This document shows positions 9,381-19,862 of a stretch of 64,000 bases of DNA, piece after piece (within the stretch, counting starts at the first letter, position 1; every line of letters starts with the position of its first letter). Both the position numbers and the translations under genes were made by a program. The notes beneath the pieces were generated by a model. It was given only the letters and a program-made list of their open reading frames with translations, was not told where the DNA came from and did not search any database. Origin of the DNA: an uncultured Pseudomonadales bacterium (GTDB taxonomy: Bacteria > Patescibacteriota > Microgenomatia > UBA1400 > UBA1449); assembly GCA_964386355.1 (NCBI GenBank), contig CAYLQQ010000004.1, positions 7,505-71,504 on the forward strand. The letters run 5' to 3'.

Positions 9381-10199
9381 TTATAAGCTCTGCTTATTTA
9401 ATGTGTCAACAATGTAATTTATACAATTTTCAACTCCTCCTAACAACTGATTTGAAGATTGCAAATCTAGCACCTGCTCTCCCAAATCCCGACCATTGTG
9501 ATCAATAACGACCCCACCTGCTCCTTTTATCAAAGCATATACTGTTCCTACTTCTTCTGGTTTTATCCGAGGATGGCCCATCCCACACGCTACATTTGAA
9601 AGCACATACGCTAAATTACCTATCGTTGAGCCGGTATTTCTAACAAATAGTTTCTGAACTATGGGATTATAAGTCTCATAATATACTTTTTTATGCAAAT
9701 CAAGGTATAACGGTGTTGAGTCTTTGATTGGCCATTCCTGTAATAACTTAACTGCATGACCATTTATATCCCTAGTCACACCAACAGAGTAAGCGTATTT
9801 CAAATTATTGCTCATTTCTACCATCCCTGCACAAAACACATCTCCAATTTTAGGATTAATCCCTTGGTAAATTGCGATTAACACACCGTAAGGAAGCATG
9901 TTCTTACCTAGCCGATAATTTGTACTTCCATCTAATGGATCAAAGCAAACAAGGTATTCAGGATGTGGATGTATATCTACAATACCAATTTCTTCAGAAT
10001 ATATCTTTACCGGAAGCTGTTTCATTCTGAAATAATTGATGAACTCGTGCTCTATCAGGGCATCCATTGCTAATGTCTTGTCGCCCTTTGTGCTTACTCC
10101 GCCTGTTTCTTGAGTTAAATGAGGGTGTTCAATAAATAATTGTTTACCTAAACTTAATAAGTCTGAGACTACTCCATCAAAGTTGATTTTATTGTTCAT
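9381..10199 (-). CDS. inositol monophosphatase / fructose-1,6-bisphosphatase family protein
   Basis: FDPLDGSTNY metal-binding motif of the IMPase/FBPase (SuhB) family. Confidence 0.7.
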   Translation of the reverse strand: MNNKINFDGVVSDLLSLGKQLFIEHPHLTQETGGVSTKGDKTLAMDALIEHEFINYFRMKQLPVKIYSEEIGIVDIHPHPEYLVCFDPLDGSTNYRLGKNMLPYGVLIAIYQGINPKIGDVFCAGMVEMSNNLKYAYSVGVTRDINGHAVKLLQEWPIKDSTPLYLDLHKKVYYETYNPIVQKLFVRNTGSTIGNLAYVLSNVACGMGHPRIKPEEVGTVYALIKGAGGVVIDHNGRDLGEQVLDLQSSNQLLGGVENCINYIVDTLNKQSL

Positions 10200-10228
10200 A
10201 TTCCATAGTTTTATAAACTAATAAAAAC

Positions 10229-10570
10229 TTACTTAAACTCAATATGCTGTTCCGGTTTCCATGGAGGCAAACATATGGTCATAATTTCTAAATTTCCTTT
10301 CCAGAAAAACTTTTCATTCTTATCCAAAACCAATGAATCACCCTTTGATAATTCAACTTCTCCAGATTCTAGACCTACAATACCACTACCTGATATTACA
10401 TATACAAATTCCTTACTTTCTGTATTTACTACAAAACCTGTAATTGGATATCTATCTGTAATATGAGCAACAGCCAAATTAGCATCAGAATCATTTAGAG
10501 GGAACTCAGTCACAATACATTTTGGACTATTAGAAATAGTTATTGTTTCGGATCTTTTTAGTAGTTTCAT
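10229..10570 (-). CDS. cupin-fold protein
   Basis: Small beta-barrel-like sequence with a G-x5-G...GDSLVL pattern. Confidence 0.4.
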   Translation of the reverse strand: MKLLKRSETITISNSPKCIVTEFPLNDSDANLAVAHITDRYPITGFVVNTESKEFVYVISGSGIVGLESGEVELSKGDSLVLDKNEKFFWKGNLEIMTICLPPWKPEQHIEFK

Positions 10571-10619
10571 TAATAAATAACTTACTTTTGCTTCTTACTA
10601 CTTATTTCTTAATATCTGT

Positions 10620-11381
10620 TTATGGAGTAATCAGCACATTTCCGCTCTCTGTAACCCCCACTGATTTCTCAAACACTGCCGAGAGTGATCCGTCAGCCAT
10701 AGCTATGGTCCAACCATCTTCTTCATCTGTAATAATGTCAGGATCCCCCATTGAATAGATAACCTCAATCGCTAATGTCATACCTGGCTTAATTACCGGA
10801 GTTTGCTCAAGCTCTACTCCTAGATACCCTGGTATTTGAGGATATTCGTGCAAAGTCCTGCCAACTCCATGGCCAGTCAACTCGTAACTGACACTATACC
10901 CGGCAGGTTCAATGATGTTTTGGATTGCTTGAGAAATATGTCCGATGCGATTGCCTGGCTGAGCCATCTCAATAGCTGCTGCGAGAGCTTTACGGCCGGC
11001 TTCTAAAAATGCTTCGATTTCTTTCTGATACTGGCTTTTCCCAACCAGGAAGCTTTCTGCCATATCACTGTGAAAACCCTTGTAAAACATACCCGTATCG
11101 ATCGTTACTAAATCACCATCTTTTATTTTTCTTTCTGTTGGAATACCGTGCACAATTCCCTCATTTATGTTAATACATGTTGCCCAGTGGTAACCGGGAA
11201 CCATCATAAAACCAGGCTTACCATCTGCTTCTTTCATAAGCTCAACTGCTAGCTCTTCTATCTCAAGAAGTCGTGTTCCAACTTTCGAAAACCTAACCAA
11301 TTCCTGCATGATCGCTGAAAGCTTGGTCCCATTTTCTCGCATGAGCTCTAGTTCTTGTGGTGTTTTCAAATCTGCTTTCAT
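10620..11381 (-). CDS. map: methionine aminopeptidase type I
   Basis: pita-bread-fold motifs (GIVHGIP, DGDLVTID, HEYPQIPG); sits after adk/secY as in spc-operon extensions. Confidence 0.85.
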   Translation of the reverse strand: MKADLKTPQELELMRENGTKLSAIMQELVRFSKVGTRLLEIEELAVELMKEADGKPGFMMVPGYHWATCININEGIVHGIPTERKIKDGDLVTIDTGMFYKGFHSDMAESFLVGKSQYQKEIEAFLEAGRKALAAAIEMAQPGNRIGHISQAIQNIIEPAGYSVSYELTGHGVGRTLHEYPQIPGYLGVELEQTPVIKPGMTLAIEVIYSMGDPDIITDEEDGWTIAMADGSLSAVFEKSVGVTESGNVLITP

Positions 11382-11389
11382 ATTTTCTT

Positions 11390-11815
11390 TTATTTTAGAA
11401 TTTCAAAACCCTTTATTATAGCTTTTCTCTCTTCATCATCCTTGTCAAAATACTGATCAATTTCATCTTCGCTAATCCACTTATAACCTGAATGTTCATG
11501 TGGGTCAACAGTAATAGCCTGATTTTCATCTGTCATTTTAGCAAAATAATTGATCTCAACTGCATGTTTAGTATTGTTTTTTAGAAGATAGGTAAAAGCA
11601 TAGAAAGGCTCTTCAACGGTAATATCTATATCCATTTCTTCTTTGAGTTCGCGTTTTAATCCATCTTCGAGTGTTTCACCAAATTCAATATGTCCGCCCA
11701 ATAGCTCATATTTACCTGGTAAAAAATTGAGATTATCTGCTCGTTTACCGATCAGAAGCTGTTTATTTGAGTTATAAATAAAGGCACAAGCGGTGATTTC
11801 CTGGGTTTGGTTCAT
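11390..11815 (-). CDS. NUDIX hydrolase
   Basis: Nudix box GGHIEFGETLEDGLKRELKEEMDI. Confidence 0.75.
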   Translation of the reverse strand: MNQTQEITACAFIYNSNKQLLIGKRADNLNFLPGKYELLGGHIEFGETLEDGLKRELKEEMDIDITVEEPFYAFTYLLKNNTKHAVEINYFAKMTDENQAITVDPHEHSGYKWISEDEIDQYFDKDDEERKAIIKGFEILK

Positions 11816-11856
11816 ATATTATTCTAACCTGAATTACGCAATGGTATATCTGTTAC

Positions 11857-11949
11857 TGTCATGCTGAACTTGTTTCCGCATCTCATAGATGGGATCATCC
11901 ATAAGATTAAGATCCTGAATACTGGCTTACAGCTAGTTTCAGGATGACA
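11857..11949. repeat. palindromic intergenic element, copy A (ends TGTCATGCTGAA...TTCAGGATGACA)
   Basis: 12-nt near-perfect terminal inverted repeats (1 mismatch) flanking a 69-nt interior; copy B at 15122-15187 has the same termini in opposite orientation. Confidence 0.6.
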
Positions 11950-11991
11950 TAGGAAACGAGGTTTTAATGTGTTGCCATTTCTTAAATCAGG

Positions 11992-12399
11992 TTATTCTAG
12001 CAATCCCTTTTCATATAAATCGTCAAAAATTAGATGGTCAACTGGAGATGTCAAATCTTTTTGTGAGTAACTAAAGAAAGCGATTTTTTCAATCTCAGAT
12101 GATGGTGTTATGTTTCCCCTAAATTCGGCCATATAGCATGTCATACGAACTACTGTGCCTTCGGGTTTCCCATGTGCTTGAGCTTCAAATGTACTGTAAT
12201 ATTTTATACTGTTTACTAGTAAATCTACCGACAATTCTTCACTTACTTCTCTAATTAATGCTTCATGATCTGTTTCATCAACTTCCCTTTTACCACCGGG
12301 AATATACCACGTATCTTTGCCTTTACTCAACGTTACCAAAATCTGATTTGAAGTATTAAAATGAAGAAAAGCTAATTTATCTATATAGATTGCTGTCAT
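11992..12399 (-). CDS. NUDIX hydrolase (second paralog)
   Basis: Nudix box GGKREVDETDHEALIREVSEELSV. Confidence 0.7.
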   Translation of the reverse strand: MTAIYIDKLAFLHFNTSNQILVTLSKGKDTWYIPGGKREVDETDHEALIREVSEELSVDLLVNSIKYYSTFEAQAHGKPEGTVVRMTCYMAEFRGNITPSSEIEKIAFFSYSQKDLTSPVDHLIFDDLYEKGLLE

Positions 12400-12434
12400 G
12401 TATTCTAAATTGATACAATTGCTTACTAATTAGA

Positions 12435-13136
12435 CTATTTTTCCACCAATCCCATCCCTACTAACTTATCAACAATCGCTTCAATCGTATTTTCAATCGT
12501 TAAATTTGTAGTATCCAGTACCCAAGCATCTTTCACGATTTGCAAGGGATCAGCGCTGCGGTGTGAGTCTTGGTAGTCCCTGTCTTTAGTTTCCTGCAGA
12601 ACATCCTCAAGCGACTTGTCAAAACCTTTGTTCTGTAAATCACGCAACCTTCTTTGAGCACGCAGCTCAATATCTGCTGTCATATAAATTTTAAGATCAG
12701 CTTTGGGTAGTACGGTAGTCGTGATATCTCTTCCCTCCATTACAACCGCCTTATCATCAGCAATCTCTTTTTGCATCTCAACCATTTGTCTGCGTATTGA
12801 AGGTAGTGTAGCGACGGCTGATGAGCCTTCAGAGGCTTTGGGTGTAAATAGCTGCTCAGTAACATCTTCATTATTAACAAAAACATCACAAAACCGACCA
12901 ATATGAGTAGTGGGTCTTAGTTCAATTTTTGTTTTTTTGACAAGCTCATAAACTGCTTGTTCATTAAACCAATCTATATTATGAACTGAAGCTGCATACC
13001 CAACTGCGCGGTACATTGCACCGGTATACACATAGATAATCCCCAGACGTTTGGCCAGAAGATTGGCGGTGACGCTTTTACCAGCACCTACAGGACCATC
13101 AATGGCAATTTGGAGGTTTGCTTTAACTAATTTCAT
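12435..13136 (-). CDS. cmk: cytidylate kinase
   Basis: IAIDGPVGAGKSVTANLLAKRLG P-loop and overall CMP-kinase pattern. Confidence 0.85.
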   Translation of the reverse strand: MKLVKANLQIAIDGPVGAGKSVTANLLAKRLGIIYVYTGAMYRAVGYAASVHNIDWFNEQAVYELVKKTKIELRPTTHIGRFCDVFVNNEDVTEQLFTPKASEGSSAVATLPSIRRQMVEMQKEIADDKAVVMEGRDITTTVLPKADLKIYMTADIELRAQRRLRDLQNKGFDKSLEDVLQETKDRDYQDSHRSADPLQIVKDAWVLDTTNLTIENTIEAIVDKLVGMGLVEK

Positions 13137-13141
13137 TGCGT

Positions 13142-13753
13142 TTAGACAGTTCCGTTTTGTGCTTTTTTTATTCGTTCCATAATATCTTTATGGATATCTT
13201 CGATGCTTTGTTCTCCATCAACTTCTTCAAGAACTCCTTTATCACTGTAGAACTCAAGCACATCTTTTTCTTCAGCTTTATAACGGCGTAATCTTTCGCG
13301 AATATTCTCAGGGGAATCAGCTAGGGAACCATCAGGATTCCGTCTGCCTCTTTTAAGTAAACGTTCTATAGAAACTTTTTCCCTAACCTTTAGGTGAATT
13401 ACCATAAACTCTTTTTTACCGTATTTTTCAAGTTTCTCTTCCAAAAACAATGCCTGAGACATATTTCTGGGAAACCCATCGATTACAAAACCGTGTTCGA
13501 CATCTGCTTCTTTGAGGCGAGCTTTCCATAAGACAAACATTTCACTGTCTGCCACATAATGTCCGATACGAATCGCCTCTGTGCATATTCTGCCCATAAT
13601 CCCCTTATCTTCAGCAGCATATTTTCGGACTAAATCACCAGATATTAATAGAGGAAAACCGATTTTTTCTGCAAGCAGTTTTCCTTGGGTTGTTTTGCCT
13701 GATCCTTCAGGGCCGTAGAGAATGACAAACATAGAATAATATACAATTATCAA
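13142..13753 (-). CDS. adk: adenylate kinase
   Basis: GPEGSGKTTQ P-loop, LISGDLVR, GFPRN; sits directly downstream of secY. Confidence 0.85.
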   Translation of the reverse strand: MIIVYYSMFVILYGPEGSGKTTQGKLLAEKIGFPLLISGDLVRKYAAEDKGIMGRICTEAIRIGHYVADSEMFVLWKARLKEADVEHGFVIDGFPRNMSQALFLEEKLEKYGKKEFMVIHLKVREKVSIERLLKRGRRNPDGSLADSPENIRERLRRYKAEEKDVLEFYSDKGVLEEVDGEQSIEDIHKDIMERIKKAQNGTV

Positions 13754-13803
13754 TGACCAATTTACAAATTATGTGAAAATTGAAAATTGAAAATTGGGTA
13801 TTT

Positions 13804-15093
13804 TTAAACGAACTCGTCGTAATTACGCATGACAAGCTGAGCCTGGAGAGCTTTACTTGTTTCCAAGATAACTGAAACAACGATAAGAATTCCGGTACCA
13901 CCTACTGCTAGTGTGTTTATACCTGTCAATTGGGTTGCAAAGGAAGGTAAAATGGCAATTAATCCTAAAAATAGAGCTCCAGCTAAAGTGATGCGTGTTA
14001 ATACTCGATTTAGGTAATCTGCAGTAGGTTTGCCCGGACGGATACCAGGGATAAATCCGCCTTGTTTTTTAATCTCTTCTGAAATCTTAACAGGATTAAA
14101 TGTTACGGCAGTATAAAAATAGGTAAAAACTACAACTAACAAAAAGTAAGTGATATTGTATGCCCATCCATCAGGGTTGAATGTCGAATTAAGAGTTCTC
14201 CCAAACTGGGCAAGTGCTGGATTACTAAGAGTAACCAGGAAACGCCCTAAAAACGAAGGAACAAGCACAAGTGATACTGCAAAAATGATTGGGATAACAC
14301 CAGCCTGGTTAACCCTCAGCGGAAGATGTGATTGGACTGATCCAACCCCTGATCCCCCTCTGATACGCCGTGCGTATGAAACTGTGATTTTACGCGTTGC
14401 TTCGTTTACCATGACGATACCAGCTATCACCCCAACACTCATGATCACAAACACGAGTATATTCATAAAGTTTAGCGTATCTGCAATTGATGCTGTCTGA
14501 AATACTGAGATAGGTAACCTTGCTACGATACCAGCAAAAATCAGGAGAGAAATTCCGTTACCGATGCCAAATTCTGTAATCAATTCACCGATCCACATGA
14601 GAAAAACGGTACCAGCAACCATCGTAATCACCATAGCCAAAGTTGAGAATATATCTGAAGAAGTAATAATTGCAGGGTTGGTTTGTTGGCGAAGAATCGC
14701 GATCATACCAAATGCCTGAAATGCTGCCAGAGGAACTGTTGCCAGCCTCTGATACTGGTTTAGTTTTTCTCTTCCCCAATCGCCTTCTTTGGATAGTTCT
14801 TCAAGTTTAGGAACAACTATAGTTAAAAGCTGAAAAATAATCGATGCATTAATGTAAGGACCTAATCCTAACGCCAAAATTGAAAAGTTAGCCAAAGTTC
14901 CACCAGAAAAGATATCTAAAAGTCCTAGAAGCTGATTATTTGCAAACAGTAGCCGAAGCGCATTGGTATCGACACCTGGCATGGATATATGAGTAACCAG
15001 CCTGAATAGAAAAAAAGCAAATATGGTAAATAGTAATTTTTTTCGTAGCTCTTTTGAAGCAAGAGCATTTTTAAAAGTTTTGAATATATCCAC
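13804..15093 (-). CDS. secY: preprotein translocase subunit SecY
   Basis: 10-TM protein with SecY N-terminus ([27 protein letters not shown]) in the spc-operon position. Confidence 0.9.
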   Translation of the reverse strand: MDIFKTFKNALASKELRKKLLFTIFAFFLFRLVTHISMPGVDTNALRLLFANNQLLGLLDIFSGGTLANFSILALGLGPYINASIIFQLLTIVVPKLEELSKEGDWGREKLNQYQRLATVPLAAFQAFGMIAILRQQTNPAIITSSDIFSTLAMVITMVAGTVFLMWIGELITEFGIGNGISLLIFAGIVARLPISVFQTASIADTLNFMNILVFVIMSVGVIAGIVMVNEATRKITVSYARRIRGGSGVGSVQSHLPLRVNQAGVIPIIFAVSLVLVPSFLGRFLVTLSNPALAQFGRTLNSTFNPDGWAYNITYFLLVVVFTYFYTAVTFNPVKISEEIKKQGGFIPGIRPGKPTADYLNRVLTRITLAGALFLGLIAILPSFATQLTGINTLAVGGTGILIVVSVILETSKALQAQLVMRNYDEFV

Positions 15094-15121
15094 AAGATAA
15101 TAGTATTAAGTAAAAATAAAA

Positions 15122-15187
15122 TGTCATCCTGAAATGATTCAGAATCTCCTTTTGTATCGGAGAGGCTGAATTACATTCAGCATGACA
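15122..15187. repeat. palindromic intergenic element, copy B (opposite orientation to copy A)
   Basis: TGTCATCCTGAA...TTCAGCATGACA termini are the reverse complements of copy A's termini; 42-nt interior with its own hairpin (GCTGAATTACATTCAGC). Confidence 0.6.
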
Positions 15188-15260
15188 GATAATTACGGTA
15201 TCTTACTCAATACCGCAGTTATTATAACAAGAATATATGGATGTGCAAAAAGGAGAAATC

Positions 15261-15689
15261 TTAAGCTAAAGCGTTTAGCACTGCTTTTGTGGCTGGAATT
15301 TGAAGAATCAGCTTTTTCTCAATCTTTTTGTCAAACAGAACTTTAATCCCTCTAGACACTACATCTTTTTCAGTGACCAGACCTGCTTTGATTAATCCCT
15401 CTGCAGTAACCTCATCACCATCTTTAAAGATGTCTAGCTGAGACAGTTTGATTTCTATCGGATCAACTATATGAACTTTATTTCTGTTCTTTCCTCTCAA
15501 CCATGGAGTCCGGCGATAAAAATCTTTATTCGTCTTTGTTCCTTCAAATAAAAGTTTAACTTTACCCCGTGATTTTTGGCCTTTTTGTCCTCGTCCAACC
15601 GTATGTCCACCCTTACCGCTGCCATAGCCTTGACCATGACGTTTGGCTTTTGGTGTAGTTGTTTTTGGTAAAGTTGTAAGGAAATTCAT
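15261..15689 (-). CDS. rplO: 50S ribosomal protein L15
   Basis: GKGGHTVGRGQKGQKSRGK glycine/lysine-rich N-terminus. Confidence 0.85.
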   Translation of the reverse strand: MNFLTTLPKTTTPKAKRHGQGYGSGKGGHTVGRGQKGQKSRGKVKLLFEGTKTNKDFYRRTPWLRGKNRNKVHIVDPIEIKLSQLDIFKDGDEVTAEGLIKAGLVTEKDVVSRGIKVLFDKKIEKKLILQIPATKAVLNALA

Positions 15690-15722
15690 ATTGCTCGTTG
15701 GCGCTAATGTTTAGCAGATAGG

Positions 15723-16430
15723 TTATTTAATTGCTTTTTTACTAGTTTTTTTCACAGTCTTAACAGTAGTTTTCTTTACGGATGGTTTCTTAGTTTCGTT
15801 TTTAACTTCTTTAACTTCAGCTTTTTTTGCTGCTTTTGTAGCTTTTTCAGTTTTTTGATTTGTTTCGGATTTGGAACTTTGAATTTCTAATTTTGCAATT
15901 TCTTCATCAGCCTTAATAACAGTTGGCATGATTGGTTTTACTACTTCAACTTCCGGTTGTCTTAGCGCTTCCAAAGCCATAAATGTAGCATATACATTTA
16001 AGGTTTTGTTTGCTGATCCCATCATTTTTGAAACAAGGTTTCGGATACCGAACGCTTCGAGGACTGAACGGATTGGACCCCCAGCAATAACTCCTGTTCC
16101 TTCCGGAGCAGGTTTTAGTAAAATGGCTGCAGATTTGTATTTAAACAAAATCTCATGTGGGATTGTATCGGCACCAACTCTTTTGATAGTGACTAGATGC
16201 TTTTTTGCACGTCCAATTGATTTTTGGATAGCGGACATGACATCTGGTGCTTTATTAAATCCAACGGCTGCTCGACCTTTTTTATCACCAATAACTACTA
16301 ATGCGGAAAAGCTTATCTTATTCCCACCTTTTTTCTTTTGAGTAACTCGTTTGATCTCAATCACTTTCTCCTCAAATTCTTTAGGAGCTCTTGGTTCTCG
16401 ATCTCGTCTTTGTTGGTTAGGATGTGCCAT
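15723..16430 (-). CDS. rpsE: 30S ribosomal protein S5, with a ~65-aa lysine-rich C-terminal extension
   Basis: VVIGDKKGRAAVGFNKAP...GTGVIAGGPIRSVLEAFGI core; K/T/V-rich tail. Confidence 0.9.
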   Translation of the reverse strand: MAHPNQQRRDREPRAPKEFEEKVIEIKRVTQKKKGGNKISFSALVVIGDKKGRAAVGFNKAPDVMSAIQKSIGRAKKHLVTIKRVGADTIPHEILFKYKSAAILLKPAPEGTGVIAGGPIRSVLEAFGIRNLVSKMMGSANKTLNVYATFMALEALRQPEVEVVKPIMPTVIKADEEIAKLEIQSSKSETNQKTEKATKAAKKAEVKEVKNETKKPSVKKTTVKTVKKTSKKAIK

Positions 16431-16444
16431 ATTTGTATATAATG

Positions 16445-16795
16445 TTAAATTGTTAATCCGGCTTCACGTGCTCCCTCGCACAATGCTTTGACTCTACCAT
16501 GGTACCGATAAGAACCGCGGTCAAATACCAATTCATGTATCTTGTGTTTTTTTGCCTGTTCAGCAATGAGTTTACCGACTTCAGTTGCCTTTGCTGTTTT
16601 AGTAATCTTTTTATCCAGTTTAAGATTGCTATCAATTACTGTTGCAATGGTTTTACCCTTTTGGTCAACCAGTTGAGCCATGATGTGTTTATTTGAGCGG
16701 TCTACTACCAAGCGTACTCTATCAGCAAACCTTTTAATCTTTGATCTTACCCGCTGTCCTCTGATCTGGCTTTGTGTTTGTCTAGTTCTATCCAT
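16445..16795 (-). CDS. rplR: 50S ribosomal protein L18
   Basis: RLVVDRSNKHIMAQLVD...YRYHGRVKALCEGAREAGL. Confidence 0.85.
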   Translation of the reverse strand: MDRTRQTQSQIRGQRVRSKIKRFADRVRLVVDRSNKHIMAQLVDQKGKTIATVIDSNLKLDKKITKTAKATEVGKLIAEQAKKHKIHELVFDRGSYRYHGRVKALCEGAREAGLTI

Positions 16796-16821
16796 ATGTA
16801 TTTAGTAATTTCTTTTTAGAA

Positions 16822-17364
16822 TTATTCGCCTTTACTGGTTTTTCCAGCTTTTTTGATAATAACTTCATCGGTGTATCGAATTCCTTTGCCTTTATATGGT
16901 TCAGGTTTGCGGTGAGCACGAATGTTGGCAGCTATCTGACCCACCAGTTCTTTATCATATCCTTGTACGGCTACCTTGTCCTGATCTGTGACTGCAAAAG
17001 TGATTCCAGGTACCGATTTGACAATAACCGGGTGTGAAAAACCTAGCGACATTTCCAGATTTTGTCCGGTCAACTTTGCCCTGTAGCCTGTTCCTACAAG
17101 TATGAGATTCTTTGTAAATCCCTCAGTAACACCCTTGATCAAATTATTCAGCTTGTTGCGTACCATTCCATGAAGCGATTTCATTTTCTTAGTTTCAGAT
17201 TTTCTGCTTAGCGTAACGACTCCATCTTCTAGATTACACTCAATTCCCATAGGTATAGGTAATGTCAATTCAGCCTTGGGTCCTTTGACAGTACATACTG
17301 CATCGGCAAATGTGACAGTTACATTACTTGGGACTGGTACTGGTGATCTTCCTACTCTAGACAT
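16822..17364 (-). CDS. rplF: 50S ribosomal protein L6
   Basis: MSRVGRSPVPVPSNVTV; two-domain L6 pattern. Confidence 0.9.
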   Translation of the reverse strand: MSRVGRSPVPVPSNVTVTFADAVCTVKGPKAELTLPIPMGIECNLEDGVVTLSRKSETKKMKSLHGMVRNKLNNLIKGVTEGFTKNLILVGTGYRAKLTGQNLEMSLGFSHPVIVKSVPGITFAVTDQDKVAVQGYDKELVGQIAANIRAHRKPEPYKGKGIRYTDEVIIKKAGKTSKGE

Positions 17365-17370
17365 ATGTAT

Positions 17371-17763
17371 TTACCAAACTTTACAAATAATTTCTCCGCC
17401 TAAACCTTGTCTGCGGGCATCCTTGTCAGTCATTACACCTTTAGAAGTTGTAATAATCGCATGGCCCAAGCCCGACAAAACATAGGGAAGTTCTTTTTTA
17501 CCACCGTATACTCTTCTGCCAGATTTTGACACACGTATAATTTTGGTAATTGCAGGTTTATTTTGCTTATACAATAGTTTTACCTGCAGATCTTTTTTAT
17601 TGTCGTTTTCAGTAATTTCATACGCTTCAATATACTCATTTGCTTTAAGCACTTCTGCTATTGCTTTCTTCTGGTTAGCAAATGGGATTACTACTGAGCT
17701 CTTATGGGCTAAGTAGCCATTCCTAATTCTGGTAATCATGTCTGCAATACTGTCTGATAACAT
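17371..17763 (-). CDS. rpsH: 30S ribosomal protein S8
   Basis: MLSDSIADMITRIRNG. Confidence 0.9.
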   Translation of the reverse strand: MLSDSIADMITRIRNGYLAHKSSVVIPFANQKKAIAEVLKANEYIEAYEITENDNKKDLQVKLLYKQNKPAITKIIRVSKSGRRVYGGKKELPYVLSGLGHAIITTSKGVMTDKDARRQGLGGEIICKVW

Positions 17764-17782
17764 AATGTTCTCCTATTTATAT

Positions 17783-17971
17783 TTACCAACTAGCTTTTGT
17801 TACACCAGGTAATTCTCCCTTATGGGCTAGTTTTCTAAAGCACAATCTACACAAACCGAACATTCTCATGTAACCTTTTGGACGTCCACAGAGTAAGCAC
17901 CGATTTTTCTTACGGGTACTAAATTTTGGTGTCTGTTGTGTATCTTTTACAAACTTAGCTGTTGTTGACAT
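17783..17971 (-). CDS. rpsZ: 30S ribosomal protein S14 type Z (zinc-binding)
   Basis: 61-aa; [22 protein letters not shown]. Confidence 0.85.
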   Translation of the reverse strand: MSTTAKFVKDTQQTPKFSTRKKNRCLLCGRPKGYMRMFGLCRLCFRKLAHKGELPGVTKASW

Positions 17972-17985
17972 ACGTATTATATAAT

Positions 17986-18543
17986 TTATTTAGCTTCTTC
18001 TTTTTCAAAAGGCATGCCCATATATTTTAAAAGCAAGTAGGCACTTTCCTTATCTTTTGCTGTTGTATTAATGGTAATCTGCAGGCCACGAACGCGGTCG
18101 ATTGTATCATAATCTATCTCAGAAAAAATAATCTGTTCAGAAAGTCCCAAATTATAGTTACCTTGCTGATCAAATGCATTTGCTTTGACTCCCTGAAAAT
18201 CACGCACACGAGGAAGCACTATAGAAACTAATTTGTCAAAGAATTCATACATCCGTATCCCGCGCAGAGTAACACGAACACCGATCGGGTCATTTTTTCT
18301 CACACCAAATTCAGCGATAGATTTTGATGCTTGCCTAGTTTGAGGCTTTTGACCGGCAATTTTCCCTATATACCCTACAATCTTATCCAAAACAGCCTTA
18401 TCTTTACTGGCATCACCAATTCCCATATTTATAACAATCTTTTTAAGTCTAGGAACAGCCATGACATTTTTAACTCCCAACTCTTTTTTCAGTGAGGGTG
18501 CTATTTTTTCTTGATATTGTTGCTGTAATCTATTCATATACAT
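17986..18543 (-). CDS. rplE: 50S ribosomal protein L5
   Basis: [21 protein letters not shown]...NMGIGDA. Confidence 0.9.
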   Translation of the reverse strand: MYMNRLQQQYQEKIAPSLKKELGVKNVMAVPRLKKIVINMGIGDASKDKAVLDKIVGYIGKIAGQKPQTRQASKSIAEFGVRKNDPIGVRVTLRGIRMYEFFDKLVSIVLPRVRDFQGVKANAFDQQGNYNLGLSEQIIFSEIDYDTIDRVRGLQITINTTAKDKESAYLLLKYMGMPFEKEEAK

Positions 18544-18555
18544 TCAATACAATGA

Positions 18556-18920
18556 TTATTTCTTAGCTGTTTTTTCTTCTTTTTTAATTTCAATCACCTG
18601 TTCACATTTCTTACATACTCTCTGTTTTGTTTTTGCGATTGTCTTATATCCAATGCGTGTCGATTTTTTACAATTTGGACAGATTACCATTGCGTTAGCA
18701 ATACTGATTGGCTTTTCCATTGTGATAATTTGACCTGGCTGTTGTTGCCCTTTGGGCTTGACGTGTTTTTTTACCAAATTAACACCTTTAACAAGCACTT
18801 TGGACTCAGAGAGCAGTACCTTCTCAACCAAACCTTTTTTCCCAGAATCTTTACCAGCCATAATTTGGACTGTATCGCCTTTTTTGATTTTAGATTTTAT
18901 TATTGCTTTATTCATATTCA
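18556..18920 (-). CDS. rplX: 50S ribosomal protein L24 with a C-terminal CxxC...CxxC zinc-ribbon extension
   Basis: KIKKGDTVQIMAGKDSGKKG KOW motif; start moved to MNMNK so the gene no longer overlaps rplN (the track ORF starts at 18963); C-terminus has CPNCKK...CKKCEQ. Confidence 0.8.
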
Positions 18921-18934
18921 TTTCGTCCTTACTT

Positions 18935-19309
18935 TTACAATACTTCTGGTGCCAAAGATGCAATTTTATTGTATCCCAGTTCCTTTACCTCACGAGCAAT
19001 CGGGCCAAAAATACGGGATGCGACAGGCTCTTTATTTGTTACCCCCTGGATTACAACTGCGGCGTTTTCATCAAATCTAATATAGCTACCATCTTTTCGA
19101 CGGACTTCTTTGCGAGTTCTTACGATGACTGCTTTTACCCTATCTCCATCTTTTACGGTACCGTTCGAATCAGCTTTAACCACAGCTGCTGTTACAACAT
19201 CGCCTACAAACCCAAACCTACGGTGTGAACCGCCATGTACGAGCATTACCCGTAATTGCTTGGCTCCTGAATTGTCTGCGACATTAATGAGTGATCTTAA
19301 CTGAATCAT
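18935..19309 (-). CDS. rplN: 50S ribosomal protein L14
   Basis: [17 protein letters not shown]. Confidence 0.9.
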   Translation of the reverse strand: MIQLRSLINVADNSGAKQLRVMLVHGGSHRRFGFVGDVVTAAVVKADSNGTVKDGDRVKAVIVRTRKEVRRKDGSYIRFDENAAVVIQGVTNKEPVASRIFGPIAREVKELGYNKIASLAPEVL

Positions 19310-19318
19310 ATTTCCTTA

Positions 19319-19549
19319 CTATTTTTCTAAAACTTCTGTAACTTTCCAACATACAAGCTTACTGATAGGTTTAATTTGTTCAATTTTTACAAGAGCACCT
19401 TCTTTAATTGCTTTCTCCGTATGAGCATGGTATTTTGTGCTTCTTTTCAACCTTATTTTATATACAGGATGCTCCCATAATGTTTCAACCATTATGGTTA
19501 CTGTATCTTTCATTTTATTGGATGTGACTTTACCTATTACTGTTTTCAT
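19319..19549 (-). CDS. rpsQ: 30S ribosomal protein S17
   Basis: GKVTSNKMKDTVTIMVE...HPVYKI. Confidence 0.85.
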   Translation of the reverse strand: MKTVIGKVTSNKMKDTVTIMVETLWEHPVYKIRLKRSTKYHAHTEKAIKEGALVKIEQIKPISKLVCWKVTEVLEK

Positions 19550-19670
19550 TTTATGTAATCATCGTTGCAAAGCATAGCTTGTTTTTTTACGTAAACCAGC
19601 CTGTAGTTTTAATATACGGTCTGGCTAATCCCAAAGCTAAGCTTCGTCGCAATGCTCCTAGCAATAACGA

Positions 19671-19862
19671 CTATTTTTCTGTCATTATTGTTCTAATTAT
19701 TGCTCTCTCTTTCCTTAAATTCTTCATAGTATGTACATTCTTAAGTTTTCCCATCATATAATCCATTTTTGCACTTACCAATTCCTTTGATATTTCTAGT
19801 AATCGTTTCTCTAATGATTGCGTATCCTGATTTCGTAATTCGTTAATTTTATCTTGCTTCAT
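19671..19862 (-). CDS. rpmC: 50S ribosomal protein L29
   Basis: 63 aa; ELRNQDTQSLEKRLLEISKEL. Confidence 0.8.
   Translation of the reverse strand: MKQDKINELRNQDTQSLEKRLLEISKELVSAKMDYMMGKLKNVHTMKNLRKERAIIRTIMTEK

Noticed and set aside
14150-14500. ORF antisense to secY
   Set aside because: Fully inside secY on the other strand
18730-19228. Plus-strand ORFs of 116 and 158 aa across rplX/rplN
   Set aside because: Antisense to ribosomal protein genes
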